DNA of 64,000 nucleotides from Verrucomicrobiota bacterium (GCA_039818205.1 JBCBUK010000002.1:448001-512000), one strand, 5' to 3'; numbered from the stretch's first letter, positions 48,901 to 58,117 are shown. A program made the numbers and translations. The notes: generated by a model from the letters alone, not told the origin.

Positions 48901-51900
48901 GTTTGCATCACTGCCTTTGGGCTCGAGCAGAACCGTGCTGCTACTGGTGATATAACTGGCCCCGAGTGCAACCGGGGCGATGTTTGTTCCTGCTTGCGAG
49001 CCATCATGTCGTAACACGCTGCCATCTCCTGGATCGGCAAGCGCCACCCAATTCGTTCCACCGGTGGGATCGTAACCGATGCCGGGAGCTTCTTCGGTGC
49101 CACGATGATTCAGCGCCCGGATCTCAATTTCATGCCAACCAGGTGCCAGGGCGAGGTCCCCGGTCGAGGTCCGGACATCCCATTGGGTGTCGGAATGCAC
49201 AAGCACACCATCAATGTAGAAGTAGGCCTCGCTGTGGATGTACTCAGTTAATGAAATGTGGCCATCGGCATCGTAAATAAATCCGGAGAAGACAACGATG
49301 TGATCCGTGTAACCAGTATCGGCTTCGCTGAGATCGAGCGATACCTGGGTATTTGGATTTGGTCCCTGATTATATCGTTGCTGGCGGGCAAAATACAGTC
49401 CGGGAGGGTTACCCGTGTCGGAAAGGATCGTTATCTCGACCGTCGCGGGAGTCGCATCCTCGATACCGTCATTGGTTGTGAAGGTGAATGAATCCGATCC
49501 GTTGTAACCCGGGCTGGCGGTGTAGGTTACGTTTGGTGGGACTCCGTCCAGCATTCCGTGGGTGGGGGGATCCACGATCGCATAGGTGATTGCCTGGCCG
49601 TTGGCGTCGCTTCCAGTGAGCGTAAGTTCCGCAGATCCACCTTCCATAACTATGATTCGCTGGGCATCGGCGATCGGTGGGGTGTTCAGTATGTCGCTTA
49701 CATTGACCGCCATTGTATCGGTGGATTGGAGACCGTAGTTATCAGTCACCCGAAGTTGAAGGGTTTGGATGCCCAGTGGCAGGTCATAGATTGGGACTTC
49801 TTCGCCGCGGGCAATGAGTTCGCCATCGAGCTCCCAAACCCAGCTGACGATTTGGCCATCAGAGTCGGTCGACTGACCTCCATCCAGGACGACGACTGGT
49901 GGCATCGTTTGATTGGGGCCTGCCTCGGCCACTGGAGGATTCCAGGGGTAGGGGACGAAGCCGTGGCTGGACTCAAACGTATCGATTAATGCGTTGATAC
50001 TTGTGTGGGTATCTTCCAGGTCTTCATTGCCGTCAACGTAGACGGCGTACTCTGCTTTATCCTCAATTTCTTTAAAGCTGTGGATGATCCAAGCGCCACT
50101 AATTCCCATTGCATCTGCATAGTCACTAAAGGAGTTAAATGAACCCGACCAACCCCAGGCTGCGTTCCACTGATGGAGCCAAAAGGAGGCTTCGTCGATG
50201 AGTAGTTCCATGAGCATCTCGTCGTTGAAGGCGTCGAGAATCCCTAAGGTTTGCGCTCCTGTATAGAGGTGGCGCGTTTCCGAGTAACCGTCGATATATG
50301 GGTCGCTCAAAAAATTGCGTCCGATCGTTTGGATGAGTTGTTCGCGCTCGGCAATTGTTAGCTGCCCATTGGCCACAAGTGATTCAACGAGCTCGACACA
50401 TTGGTTATAGATGATCTTTCGAGAGTTGAAGAATGGCTCACGACCGAACATTGCGGAGAGCACGGTGACATCGCCTGCTTGAGCTTCTTCGCCAAGCGCG
50501 CCAATGGCTTTGGCGACTTCTTCTCGCATCCAGTTATCGGAGTGTTCGGCCAGGGAATAGAGGCGTGATCGATGGGGGACAATAGAAGCGGGGTCACTGG
50601 CCGCAAGCAGACCGAGGACGCCATGGAGTTCCCACAATGCCGCGTCTGGATCGTTTAGAACTGACTCGACCAAGGGTAGGGCTTGGGCACCGACTACCGA
50701 GGAGTCTATGCCGCTGCTACTGATGCCATACATTGCCTCACGGCGGACACGAAAGTCGCTGTGTTGTAGGGCCGCGAGCAACGGAGTGAGAGCGGTCGAG
50801 TCGCCGTCGTTGTATTTGTCCGCGAGCCGCCGTGCTCCGACGTTGCGATAGATTTGCGTCGCGTGGTATAGGTAGCGCTCAAAATAACTGACGCTGAAGG
50901 CGTCCGCGTTTTTCTGATTGATCCGTAGGTCTTCGATTGAAAGGTCGTCGACACCATACTCCGCTAGGTGATCGATGCCAAAGATTGAATCATCGGCGGC
51001 ATTTCCCCATCCGAGAGTCGGCACCGGTGTGGTAACGCTGTATGGCGTTGGAGTACCACCGCACAGACGTAAAGCTTTTCGGGGAGCAGTGTAGATGAGC
51101 CCCGCAACTGCACCCCAATCCCGGGATTGATACTGATCGGAGCCAGCGCTAGGGATTTTCTTGAAGCCGCCCAACGGATGCCGACAAAGGTCAAAATACC
51201 ATTTGAGAGCGTCGTTGTGTTGGCGGTTCAAGCTGTCTTTTGTCGCAGGTAAGAGCGAGATGGCCAATGCCTCCCAGCCAAGGCGTAGTCCGTTGCCGGT
51301 ATGTCCACTTTCCCACGCCGGGTAGGCGTGTAGAACCTGCATCGCCATCGTTTCTGCCGCAGCCGAAAACCGGGCATCTGATTCGCCAAGGACGTTGAGA
51401 AAGCACGCCATCGTGGCATTCTTAGAGTTGCCATTCAGAATGGTGATATCCGGTTGGTAGATGCCATAGGATAGGCCCCCGCGTCCCGCGAAACGCCAGA
51501 AGTATGTTAGGCACTTTTCGAACTCGGCCTGGTCCAGTGTAACTCCACATTCCTGCCCAAGCACGAGCGCCGCGAGCGCTGGCGCTCCCGCGGCATTTAG
51601 GATTCCGCCGTCAGCATAGCCAATACTGGGATAACCACCATTGGCCGCCCAGGCACCTCCGATGTTTTGTTCAAGTAGCTTATCGCAGATGCCCTGTAAG
51701 CTAGGTAGCACTGTCGTGTCCCCCGTTCGCAAGTAGTATTCGCCGAGGACAATTCCGCTGTAGCCGAGCGACCAGTTGCTGGAGGGACCATCACTTCCGG
51801 AGCCGATTGATTGGGCGTAGGTCGCGACTTCGTCGAGGTAGGCATCGTCTCCGGTGGAGAGAAGAAAGAGGGCTTGAAAAGCTTTATTAACCGGATTGGA

Positions 51901-52398
51901 ACCATTGATCCCTAAGCTCGCGTAGTGATCGGCGGTTGCGGTAACGATCGCGTCGGACTTAGCACAGTTAAGTGGCCAAGTCGCACTATACTCTCCGATA
52001 ATGGGTATGGTGATCTGCAGGGTCTGGGGAATGTCGTCACGTTCGATGTCTAGGCTCAAGATGCCGTCATTGGCTTCGGCAGCGGTAATAACATCCCCGA
52101 GTAGAACCCGCGGGCGATCCCCTGTGATGGAGATTCCGTTGATGGCACGGATTACGTCGTTGACCAAGAGAACGCCGCTGGCGGGTGTGCCGCTGATGAT
52201 TTCACTCACGACGAGATCGTGGCTGGATCCATTGGGCACAAAACGCGATTCAATCCCGGTGACGCCAATGTTGAATGGCCCGTAGGTATTTCCTTCGGTA
52301 ACCACGACGTCGACCCTCTCGGCATGACTTGTGATCGACAGGATTAGGCCAAGCATCGTCAGGCCGATTTTGATCAACGTAGTTCCAGATCTAAACAT
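45955..52398 (-). CDS. giant secreted multidomain protein (PDZ, DUF6288-like helical domain, HEAT, PKD/Ig repeats, PA14-like, LamG, acidic C-terminal module)
   Basis: Signal peptide; TPASGVL..NDVI..ING; LGEYYLRTGD; PVAEAG...DSDG; repeated P.HG.L.G..P...Y......G.DSFTF; YWKFDE...LDDLAIW; DFDNDGLANGIEAILGTNP. Confidence 0.88.
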   Translation of the reverse strand: MFRSGTTLIKIGLTMLGLILSITSHAERVDVVVTEGNTYGPFNIGVTGIESRFVPNGSSHDLVVSEIISGTPASGVLLVNDVIRAINGISITGDRPRVLLGDVITAAEANDGILSLDIERDDIPQTLQITIPIIGEYSATWPLNCAKSDAIVTATADHYASLGINGSNPVNKAFQALFLLSTGDDAYLDEVATYAQSIGSGSDGPSSNWSLGYSGIVLGEYYLRTGDTTVLPSLQGICDKLLEQNIGGAWAANGGYPSIGYADGGILNAAGAPALAALVLGQECGVTLDQAEFEKCLTYFWRFAGRGGLSYGIYQPDITILNGNSKNATMACFLNVLGESDARFSAAAETMAMQVLHAYPAWESGHTGNGLRLGWEALAISLLPATKDSLNRQHNDALKWYFDLCRHPLGGFKKIPSAGSDQYQSRDWGAVAGLIYTAPRKALRLCGGTPTPYSVTTPVPTLGWGNAADDSIFGIDHLAEYGVDDLSIEDLRINQKNADAFSVSYFERYLYHATQIYRNVGARRLADKYNDGDSTALTPLLAALQHSDFRVRREAMYGISSSGIDSSVVGAQALPLVESVLNDPDAALWELHGVLGLLAASDPASIVPHRSRLYSLAEHSDNWMREEVAKAIGALGEEAQAGDVTVLSAMFGREPFFNSRKIIYNQCVELVESLVANGQLTIAEREQLIQTIGRNFLSDPYIDGYSETRHLYTGAQTLGILDAFNDEMLMELLIDEASFWLHQWNAAWGWSGSFNSFSDYADAMGISGAWIIHSFKEIEDKAEYAVYVDGNEDLEDTHTSINALIDTFESSHGFVPYPWNPPVAEAGPNQTMPPVVVLDGGQSTDSDGQIVSWVWELDGELIARGEEVPIYDLPLGIQTLQLRVTDNYGLQSTDTMAVNVSDILNTPPIADAQRIIVMEGGSAELTLTGSDANGQAITYAIVDPPTHGMLDGVPPNVTYTASPGYNGSDSFTFTTNDGIEDATPATVEITILSDTGNPPGLYFARQQRYNQGPNPNTQVSLDLSEADTGYTDHIVVFSGFIYDADGHISLTEYIHSEAYFYIDGVLVHSDTQWDVRTSTGDLALAPGWHEIEIRALNHRGTEEAPGIGYDPTGGTNWVALADPGDGSVLRHDGSQAGTNIAPVALGASYITSSSTVLLEPKGSDANLDAYYYTITSTPANGSLSFPYFNGGYLSNPRYQPDAGFVGIETIEYVVNDAQAESTTGAIKVSVVHEWTPEAMGQSFIAAEGIQNWITLEAVDANGQELSYEVLTQPANGTLTGNAPDLRYEPTPGYNGPDSFTFRAYHGSYLGEAQTVYINVVQDLNWVTLVSDDFEGPAWGSYASDDGANVASNFEKASSGEYVLSMKPGNQHSVELVNPIDISTPGYDVIRIDFQLATTATSSGSGFDVDFFDGTTWHTIARFDNIHATKTLSEFTYKDNGASLHKTIYIEARDYNFSPNMKIAFRSGPIGTSRHHVYLDDIVIRAATSGGRANVRPTAYSQSLIANPGGVEITLAAIDPDDDPLSYNYTNPSHGSLSGVAPNLTYTPNMDYSGPDSFTFWANDGTGDSNIASIGILADQDVASNNAPIANDQMVFVNEGQSVALTLTGRDGDGDPLTFSIATDPTKGTVTGTPPDIVYQSTPGQVGSDSFSFVPNDGLVDGASGTISVTIYPDTQPPLPNASRWYEPPRELGPGSVTMTAQSGFEISGVEYYFECVAGTGHDSGWQDSATYVDTNLSRGQTYTYTVRARDKSAAQNETTASVAESVTIDGGISSPLGNGLIAYWKFDEMSGMTLEDHSGWGHHGDMHIDDADTYPELIDGVLEGGVEFYPEAEYGVGNGFRIDSGGPDLPTAFSISFWIFPKSPQRHATILSQRGETTGLSYRLELEESGWHIDFECPGTTTLRARGWNPPDWTHDWVHVVLTWDSQSGLRRFYVNNEIVAEDYNAVAVPPSDLIASDRLLMMGYYSQSFGSGNPNGQNYLSAHLDDLAIWSRILTDDEIAWLYNEDAGHSVAISEYTFEAWINRYLVYELKGFDDDFDNDGLANGIEAILGTNPEVADTRVGNFQSNGLTTTMTHPIHEPALIDVLGSYEWSLDLQNWYMSDGIDGPLSGATVTSAVTTVDGMATITLTSSELLPQIFVRLSAASE

Positions 52399-52910
52399 TC
52401 TAAAGGGGTTTGGCCGCTCAGGCCAATCGGGCTCCAGTTCCTGGGGGAGGATTCAATTCCCAAACCGTTAAGCCGATCCACCTGGAGGGCTCATGGGTTT
52501 TGAACAGGTGTGGTCTCTATCTGTGGTTGGGAAGGTTGTGGGTTCTCGACGAAATGGGTTTTAGGGAATTTAGCCCATTAGTTTAGGCCTTTCTCGAGCG
52601 AGGATACAATCAAAAACATCATTAAGATCTATTCATAAAGAGATGGTTAGTAGGGGCTTATGTTTTGTTTGGTCGTTTTTCTACTCGCCTGGAGTAGACA
52701 CCGTCATATTTTTCCGAAATGGATGAATCACCTCCACGCGAGAGATTGGCCCTGAAAACGAAACGGGTGTGTGTTCTCCAGAACAGCGTCGTCTGGTCGA
52801 CAGCTTGGCGGTGCTTGTGGAAAAATTCGCGAAACTTTTCGTTGACCGATTCACTCTTCTAGACCATTTAATAATCCCTCGTCGTATTAAATTAACCTGA
52901 GGCATCCTTC

Positions 52911-53042
52911 ATGAATAATCCAGATCGCTACAGCAAAATTGGCATTAAGCCACATGGCTGCGACTGGATGAACCTTCCACTGATCGTAGTGAATGGTGTC
53001 TTTACCGCCTCAGGTCCCCCCAACGATGTGCGCATAGCATAG
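52911..53042 (+). CDS. putative leader peptide (43 aa, or 24 aa from ATG 52968)
   Basis: Manual translation MNNPDRYSKIGIKPHGCDWMNLPLIVVNGVFTASGPPNDVRIA*; ends 25 nt before a terminator stem. Confidence 0.4.
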   Translation: MNNPDRYSKIGIKPHGCDWMNLPLIVVNGVFTASGPPNDVRIA

Positions 53043-53067
53043 GTTAGCCGCACGCCGCCGTAAATCA

Positions 53068-53096
53068 CCCAGGGACCACTCGCCCTGGGATTTTTT
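53068..53096 (+). terminator. terminator in the ABC transporter leader (attenuator candidate)
   Basis: CCCAGGG-N8-CCCTGGG, then A and T6, ending 28 nt before the likely ATG at 53125. Confidence 0.7.
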
Positions 53097-53124
53097 GTCT
53101 TCCCAATTTCAATATACTTACGCA

Positions 53125-55413
53125 ATGACTCCCGATATTACTGACCGACTTTCCCGAGACCGCACAATTATTGAACGATACGCGGGGCAACCCGCGCAGA
53201 TTCCAGCGGATCTTCTCGAGCGCTTTCGCGGGCTCAACGGTGATCGTCCGCCGCAACTGTACGCGCTCGCGGATCTCCAGGCCGATGGACAACTGACCAG
53301 AAGCTGGTTGGTCCTCGGCCACTACGAGGTCTTCTTTTTCGAAGACGAACATGATACGGACCCGGACCGCATTGATCGTTCCGCGATCAAGCAGGTTCGA
53401 GAATTGCCCGGATTGAGTTCGAGTGCGCTCCTGCTTCTCGACGACACGTCGCGCCTTCCGCTGATGCAGGTTAATTATTCTCGGCGGCAGAAGCAGGCGA
53501 TGGAAAACATTCGTTTCGTGCTGGACCAGTCGACCCAAGGGCAAACGGTATCTCCGGAGGATGCGGACCGCGCCTACGCCGAAGCCGTCAGCAGCAAGAT
53601 CAAGGATGCGCAGTCGTCCATCATGTCCGGGCAGTTTCAGATTATCCTACGATTGATGAGCTACTTTAAGCCTTACCGTAAGGATGTGACGATTGGCTTC
53701 ATTGCGGCGCTGATCGTGACGGTGCTGAATCTGGTGCCGCCTTTTATTACTGGTTACACCATCGATAAGATTTTGAAACCGATGGAGGATGGTGAACTGA
53801 ACTCGCGAACCGCGACGGAAGTGACCATCGCGATTGTGGGTGGTTTGGCGTTGCTCTATATCGTGCGTGAGTTGTGCGTATGGATTCGCCTAAAGCGGCT
53901 CGCCTATCTTGGGGAGAACGTGGCCCACGATCTGCGCCGGGATCTCTATAGTCACCTGCAGAAGCTGAGCTTGGGCTTCTTCTCTAAGAAGCAAACGGGT
54001 AGCATCATTAGCCGGGTGAGTTCGGATACTGATCGCCTGTGGGATTTCATTGCGTTTGGAATAATCGAGGCGGCCTTGTCGATCTTCATGTTGGTCGGGC
54101 TGGGAGTCGTTTTGACGAGTATGGACTGGCAGCTTGGTCTGGTCTTGATCTTGCCCATCCCGGCTTACCTCTACGCGTTTTATGCTCATAGTAAACAGAT
54201 CAATCGCTACTTCCTGAAAGCATGGCGCAAGTGGTCGGACGTGACCGCGGTTCTCTCGGATACGATTCCCGGAATGCGTGTGGTCAAAGCGTTCAGCCAG
54301 GAGAATCGTGAAGTGAATCGTTTTGGTGATCGTAACACGAAGGCCTTGGAAAGCTTCCATTCGGTGCACGATGTCTGGACGAAGTTTTGGCCCTGCTTGA
54401 TGGGGTCGTTTCACTTGGTCACCCTTGTTGTCTGGGCGATGGCGTTGCCGCGGGTGTTTGGGGAGTGGGGGCAGCCACTGAGTGTGGGCACCTTCGTTGC
54501 CTTCCTGATGTACATGGCAATGTTCTTTCATCCGCTCGAGATCATGGGGCAAATTACACGAATGCTTAATCGGGCGGTCAGCTCGGCGCACCGTGTGTTT
54601 GAGATCATGGATACGGAGCCCGATCCCTCCTTGGCCAATGAGCGTGATCAGGTCGACGAACTCAAAGGAGAGATTGAGTTGAAGAACGTCAGCTTCTCCT
54701 ATGACGGGGTTCACGAAACGCTTCACAATATTTCGTTCCACATCAAGCCCGGTGAGATGATTGGCCTCGTTGGTCCTTCCGGCGCCGGAAAAAGCACGAT
54801 TACGAACTTGATCGCGGGCTTCCACCAAGCAACCGGTGGGCAGGTCTTGGTTGATGGTCAGGATCTGTCCGAGACCGATGTTTCCAGTTACCGCGAGCAC
54901 CTGGGCATGGTTTTGCAGGAGCCATTCTTGTTCCACGGTTCGCTTTTGGAGAACATCCGCTACGGTCAAAAAGATGCTGGGCTCGAAGATGTGATTGCGG
55001 CGGCGCGTGCGGCTAATGCGCATGACTTCATTTGCCGTCTGCCGCTCGGGTATGATACCGTCGTGGGTGAACGGGGCCACACGCTCTCTGGCGGTGAGCG
55101 CCAACGCATATCAATTGCCCGCGCGATTCTGCACAATCCAACGATTCTAATCTTGGATGAGGCGACGAGTAACGTGGACACCGAAACTGAACGGAAGATT
55201 CAAGACGCATTGAACCAGCTGGTCCGGGGGCGCACAACCATCGCGATTGCACACCGACTGTCGACACTCAAGCAAGCGGATCGCCTCCTGGTGATGAAGG
55301 AAGGTCGTCTGGTCGAGGAGGGCTCTCATCAGGAACTGCTGGCGCTGGAAGATGGCGTTTATCGAAAACTCCATGATCTACAGGTGGAGTTGCATGAACA
55401 GTTCGCGGTTTAG
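53125..55413 (+). CDS. ABC exporter (fused TMD-NBD) with N-terminal extension
   Basis: ~170-aa soluble N-terminal domain (YALADL...W), six TMs, GPSGAGKS, LSGGERQR, LDEATS, IAHRLST. Confidence 0.93.
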   Translation: MTPDITDRLSRDRTIIERYAGQPAQIPADLLERFRGLNGDRPPQLYALADLQADGQLTRSWLVLGHYEVFFFEDEHDTDPDRIDRSAIKQVRELPGLSSSALLLLDDTSRLPLMQVNYSRRQKQAMENIRFVLDQSTQGQTVSPEDADRAYAEAVSSKIKDAQSSIMSGQFQIILRLMSYFKPYRKDVTIGFIAALIVTVLNLVPPFITGYTIDKILKPMEDGELNSRTATEVTIAIVGGLALLYIVRELCVWIRLKRLAYLGENVAHDLRRDLYSHLQKLSLGFFSKKQTGSIISRVSSDTDRLWDFIAFGIIEAALSIFMLVGLGVVLTSMDWQLGLVLILPIPAYLYAFYAHSKQINRYFLKAWRKWSDVTAVLSDTIPGMRVVKAFSQENREVNRFGDRNTKALESFHSVHDVWTKFWPCLMGSFHLVTLVVWAMALPRVFGEWGQPLSVGTFVAFLMYMAMFFHPLEIMGQITRMLNRAVSSAHRVFEIMDTEPDPSLANERDQVDELKGEIELKNVSFSYDGVHETLHNISFHIKPGEMIGLVGPSGAGKSTITNLIAGFHQATGGQVLVDGQDLSETDVSSYREHLGMVLQEPFLFHGSLLENIRYGQKDAGLEDVIAAARAANAHDFICRLPLGYDTVVGERGHTLSGGERQRISIARAILHNPTILILDEATSNVDTETERKIQDALNQLVRGRTTIAIAHRLSTLKQADRLLVMKEGRLVEEGSHQELLALEDGVYRKLHDLQVELHEQFAV

Positions 55414-55451
55414 ACCCGAACAATAACAAAGAACCTTTGAATTGAACGAAT

Positions 55452-55940
55452 ATGAATGCGAAGAACAAAAATATCTTAGCTGATCTACAATTGGCCTCCT
55501 GTGGAGCCGGTCGCTTGACTGCTTGGTACGAGGGTAAAGAGGCCGTGTTGGTCCGCCCGGTAAAGTGCTTTCCCCTGAGTGAGCCTGACGAGCATCTATC
55601 TTTGCGCGATGACAAGAATGAAGAGTTTGCCTTTATCATCTCGCCGGATGAGTTGGATGAGGCCTCCGCAGCAGCGCTGCGCGAGGCTCTCACCGCTGGT
55701 GGATTTACTTTCGCAGTGACCGGGATCGAGGAGATTCGGCAAGACTTCGAGCTGCGCGTTTGGAAGGTCCGCACTCAGGCGGGCGAGCGGCAGTTTCAAA
55801 CCGCGCTTGATGCCTGGCCACGTGCTGTTGACGATGGCAGCTACCTGATCGAAGACGTTTTCGGCGACCTCTACCGGGTCCCGCCATCAAGCGAACTGGA
55901 TCCCATCAGCGCCAAGAACCTCTGGGGCATGGTGGGGTAG
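55452..55940 (+). CDS. DUF1854-like protein
   Basis: VRPVKCFPLSEPD...SL, WKVRT..G, LIEDVFG..YRV...LD..S; directly after the ABC gene. Confidence 0.78.
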   Translation: MNAKNKNILADLQLASCGAGRLTAWYEGKEAVLVRPVKCFPLSEPDEHLSLRDDKNEEFAFIISPDELDEASAAALREALTAGGFTFAVTGIEEIRQDFELRVWKVRTQAGERQFQTALDAWPRAVDDGSYLIEDVFGDLYRVPPSSELDPISAKNLWGMVG

Positions 55941-55984
55941 TGGTCGGCTTTGGGGGGCGCTTATGCTGTTGGATTCGCCAAGTA

Positions 55985-56944
55985 TCACTGAACCGGCGTT
56001 TTGCCGAGTAGCTCGCGGCGTTTTTTGCCGATGAGGATGCGCCAGTCCGAGATACTCATAGATTGAATGAATTGCAGCCAGGTTGGCGGCGGGTTGGCGG
56101 CTAAAAGCTCTTCGGCAGTGAAGTCCTGCGACTCGATGGGGAAGAATCCTCGAGCGTTAAGCATGAGACCGCAATCTGGGCAGGTTTGCAGCGAACTGTG
56201 CAGTTTGCGTTTTTGAAAATGAATGTAGGCGCGCTCCTCGCTTTCGAGTGGAGCGTTTGCATCCTTGCGGAACAGGCGTTCGATACGGCCATCTCGCCAA
56301 ACAAAGGCTTGATGGGTATAGTTGGTTCCGCGACTGGTTTTGAATGCCGCCCGATCCGGTATGATATCGGCACAGACCTCTTCAACATACAATGGCACGG
56401 CCATCGATTTCATGATCGCGTGGATGCCATGCCATTCGTCGAAAATGTAGTGCTTCGACTGGGTAAAGACGTTCTCGAACCCGGGGCCCGCGGATTCAGA
56501 GCGGAAGGCGTTGTTGATCGTCTCGGAATTTCTGAGCAAACAAAGATGCCCGCGCACGAGTATCTGGTCGTGTTTGGTCAACACCTCATCTGTGAGAAAA
56601 CGGTCGAGTCGGCCGAAAATGACATCGAGATCGCAGTATCCCCAAAAGTCGTAACCCGCGATTTCTTCGGCAAAAATGACTCCGAACGCCGGTCGGAAAT
56701 CGCAAATCTTGTAGGGCCCCGGCAGGCAGGCTTCGAGTCCAAGGGTTTGGGTAGCTGTCTTCTGGAAGGAGTCCAGTGTCATATGTTTGACCAGAACGTT
56801 TGAGGGAGGCTTTACCTCGATAGTCTGGTCAGAGATTAGCAGCCAATTGAACGACGGGTTGTTCGCGCAAGATTCGAACCATAGGGGAAGCCAGCTTGGC
56901 AGCTTGCCGAAATAGATCGCGATGATTAATGCGCGGGCGGGCAT
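55985..56944 (-). CDS. DUF6625-like putative glycosyltransferase
   Basis: YFGKLP, SC..NP, YKICDFRPAFG, YDFWGYCDLDVIFG, FDE, YIHFQKR. Confidence 0.8.
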   Translation of the reverse strand: MPARALIIAIYFGKLPSWLPLWFESCANNPSFNWLLISDQTIEVKPPSNVLVKHMTLDSFQKTATQTLGLEACLPGPYKICDFRPAFGVIFAEEIAGYDFWGYCDLDVIFGRLDRFLTDEVLTKHDQILVRGHLCLLRNSETINNAFRSESAGPGFENVFTQSKHYIFDEWHGIHAIMKSMAVPLYVEEVCADIIPDRAAFKTSRGTNYTHQAFVWRDGRIERLFRKDANAPLESEERAYIHFQKRKLHSSLQTCPDCGLMLNARGFFPIESQDFTAEELLAANPPPTWLQFIQSMSISDWRILIGKKRRELLGKTPVQ

Positions 56945-56960
56945 GGCTGGTTTGGTAAAA

Positions 56961-57761
56961 TCAAGATTTCTTGAACCGGGTCGCGGAGTTGACCATCAGT
57001 CGTTGTCTCATCGCAAAGGGTAGTTTCTGGGAGATGGACTCGAACCATTCTACGGCTGATCGCGGCATTGCTTTAAGGGCGTACTCTAACTTAACATGCC
57101 CATTGGTAAGCGAATTGGTAAAGAGCTGATGCTTTTCCAGGCCTAGGCCTGAGCTTTTTGCTAACCATTCGATCTCGTCAGGCCACAGTAGGAAAATGTG
57201 GCCATCGGAGTTTGGTTTAAACTGCACATCTTCGAAAACGCTGGGGTCTGGGCATTCGGAAAATTTGGGGAGGTCGTTCCGAAAGTAGGCTCCGTTGGGA
57301 GTGCTCATGATCACGTAACCGCCGGGCTTTACCATCGTGGCAATCTTGGTCAAAAACTCATCCGGATGGGCCACGTGCTCGATGATCTCGGTAATGAGGA
57401 CGCAATCAAACTGCTCACCGAATCCGAGCTCGAACACATTGCCCGGTGCAAACTCAATACTTCCGTGTTCGTGCTTCAGTTTGACGTATTCGGCAAGGTC
57501 TTCTCGGAGGTCATTCCAGGTTACCTTGTAACCTTGTTCGGCAAGGTATAATGAGAAATTGCCCTGGGCGGCGGCAACGTCGAGCACGGAGCTTCCTTTG
57601 GGCAAGACCTCGTCGAGCAAAGCCAAGGTATATTTACGCCGGTTGGCATAGGAGTAGACATAGCCGCGATTCGTGACTTCTCCCCAAATCTCTTCCTGGT
57701 CATAGGGGTAGCTGTATTTCCAAGAGTCCGGCCAAGAGTCATCTAGTTGCAGGCGTTTCAT
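56961..57761 (-). CDS. class I SAM-dependent methyltransferase
   Basis: VLDVAAAQG, FDCV...EIIEHVAHP, KPGG...STPN. Confidence 0.9.
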   Translation of the reverse strand: MKRLQLDDSWPDSWKYSYPYDQEEIWGEVTNRGYVYSYANRRKYTLALLDEVLPKGSSVLDVAAAQGNFSLYLAEQGYKVTWNDLREDLAEYVKLKHEHGSIEFAPGNVFELGFGEQFDCVLITEIIEHVAHPDEFLTKIATMVKPGGYVIMSTPNGAYFRNDLPKFSECPDPSVFEDVQFKPNSDGHIFLLWPDEIEWLAKSSGLGLEKHQLFTNSLTNGHVKLEYALKAMPRSAVEWFESISQKLPFAMRQRLMVNSATRFKKS

Positions 57762-58085
57762 CGTAATGCAAGTGTTCTATATTCTTTGCCACTTGCGTCA
57801 AACTCGATTCCAGGTCGGGGCCTCTAGCACCCACGAGGTTCTTTGATTTATCTCCTGGAGTTTAGTAGCTCTATCGCCGCATTCACGTCGTTGGCTGCCA
57901 TATGATAGATGATTGTATTGAGAGCGGTCTTACGCGTTATTCCCTCAGGTAGTTGGATGCTCCTATCCCAGGCGTTGCTCTGGTCGTGCTTCATGATTTG
58001 CATCGCGAGGCTACTACTGGCACTCAATGCCGCATGTGAATTTAATTTTCATTGGTCGTAGTTGATGTCAGTAGGCGCTGCATAA

Positions 58086-58117
58086 GAAAAAGATGGCAGG
58101 GCCTCCCCCTGCCATCT
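58086..58117 (-). terminator. intrinsic terminator of the DUF5060-type gene
   Basis: 11-bp stem AGATGGCAGGG/CCCTGCCATCT followed by a T run on the minus strand. Confidence 0.8.

Noticed and set aside
52681..52905. Short ORFs on both strands between the giant gene and the ABC leader
   Set aside because: No recognisable features; likely divergent promoter DNA.
52950..53096. ZTP or guanidine-I riboswitch in the ABC leader
   Set aside because: GCGACTGG is present but the ZTP pseudoknot pairing is not, and guanidine-I motifs are absent.
53890..55104. 404-aa antisense ORF in the ABC exporter
   Set aside because: Typical antisense open frame from codon bias; no domain signal.
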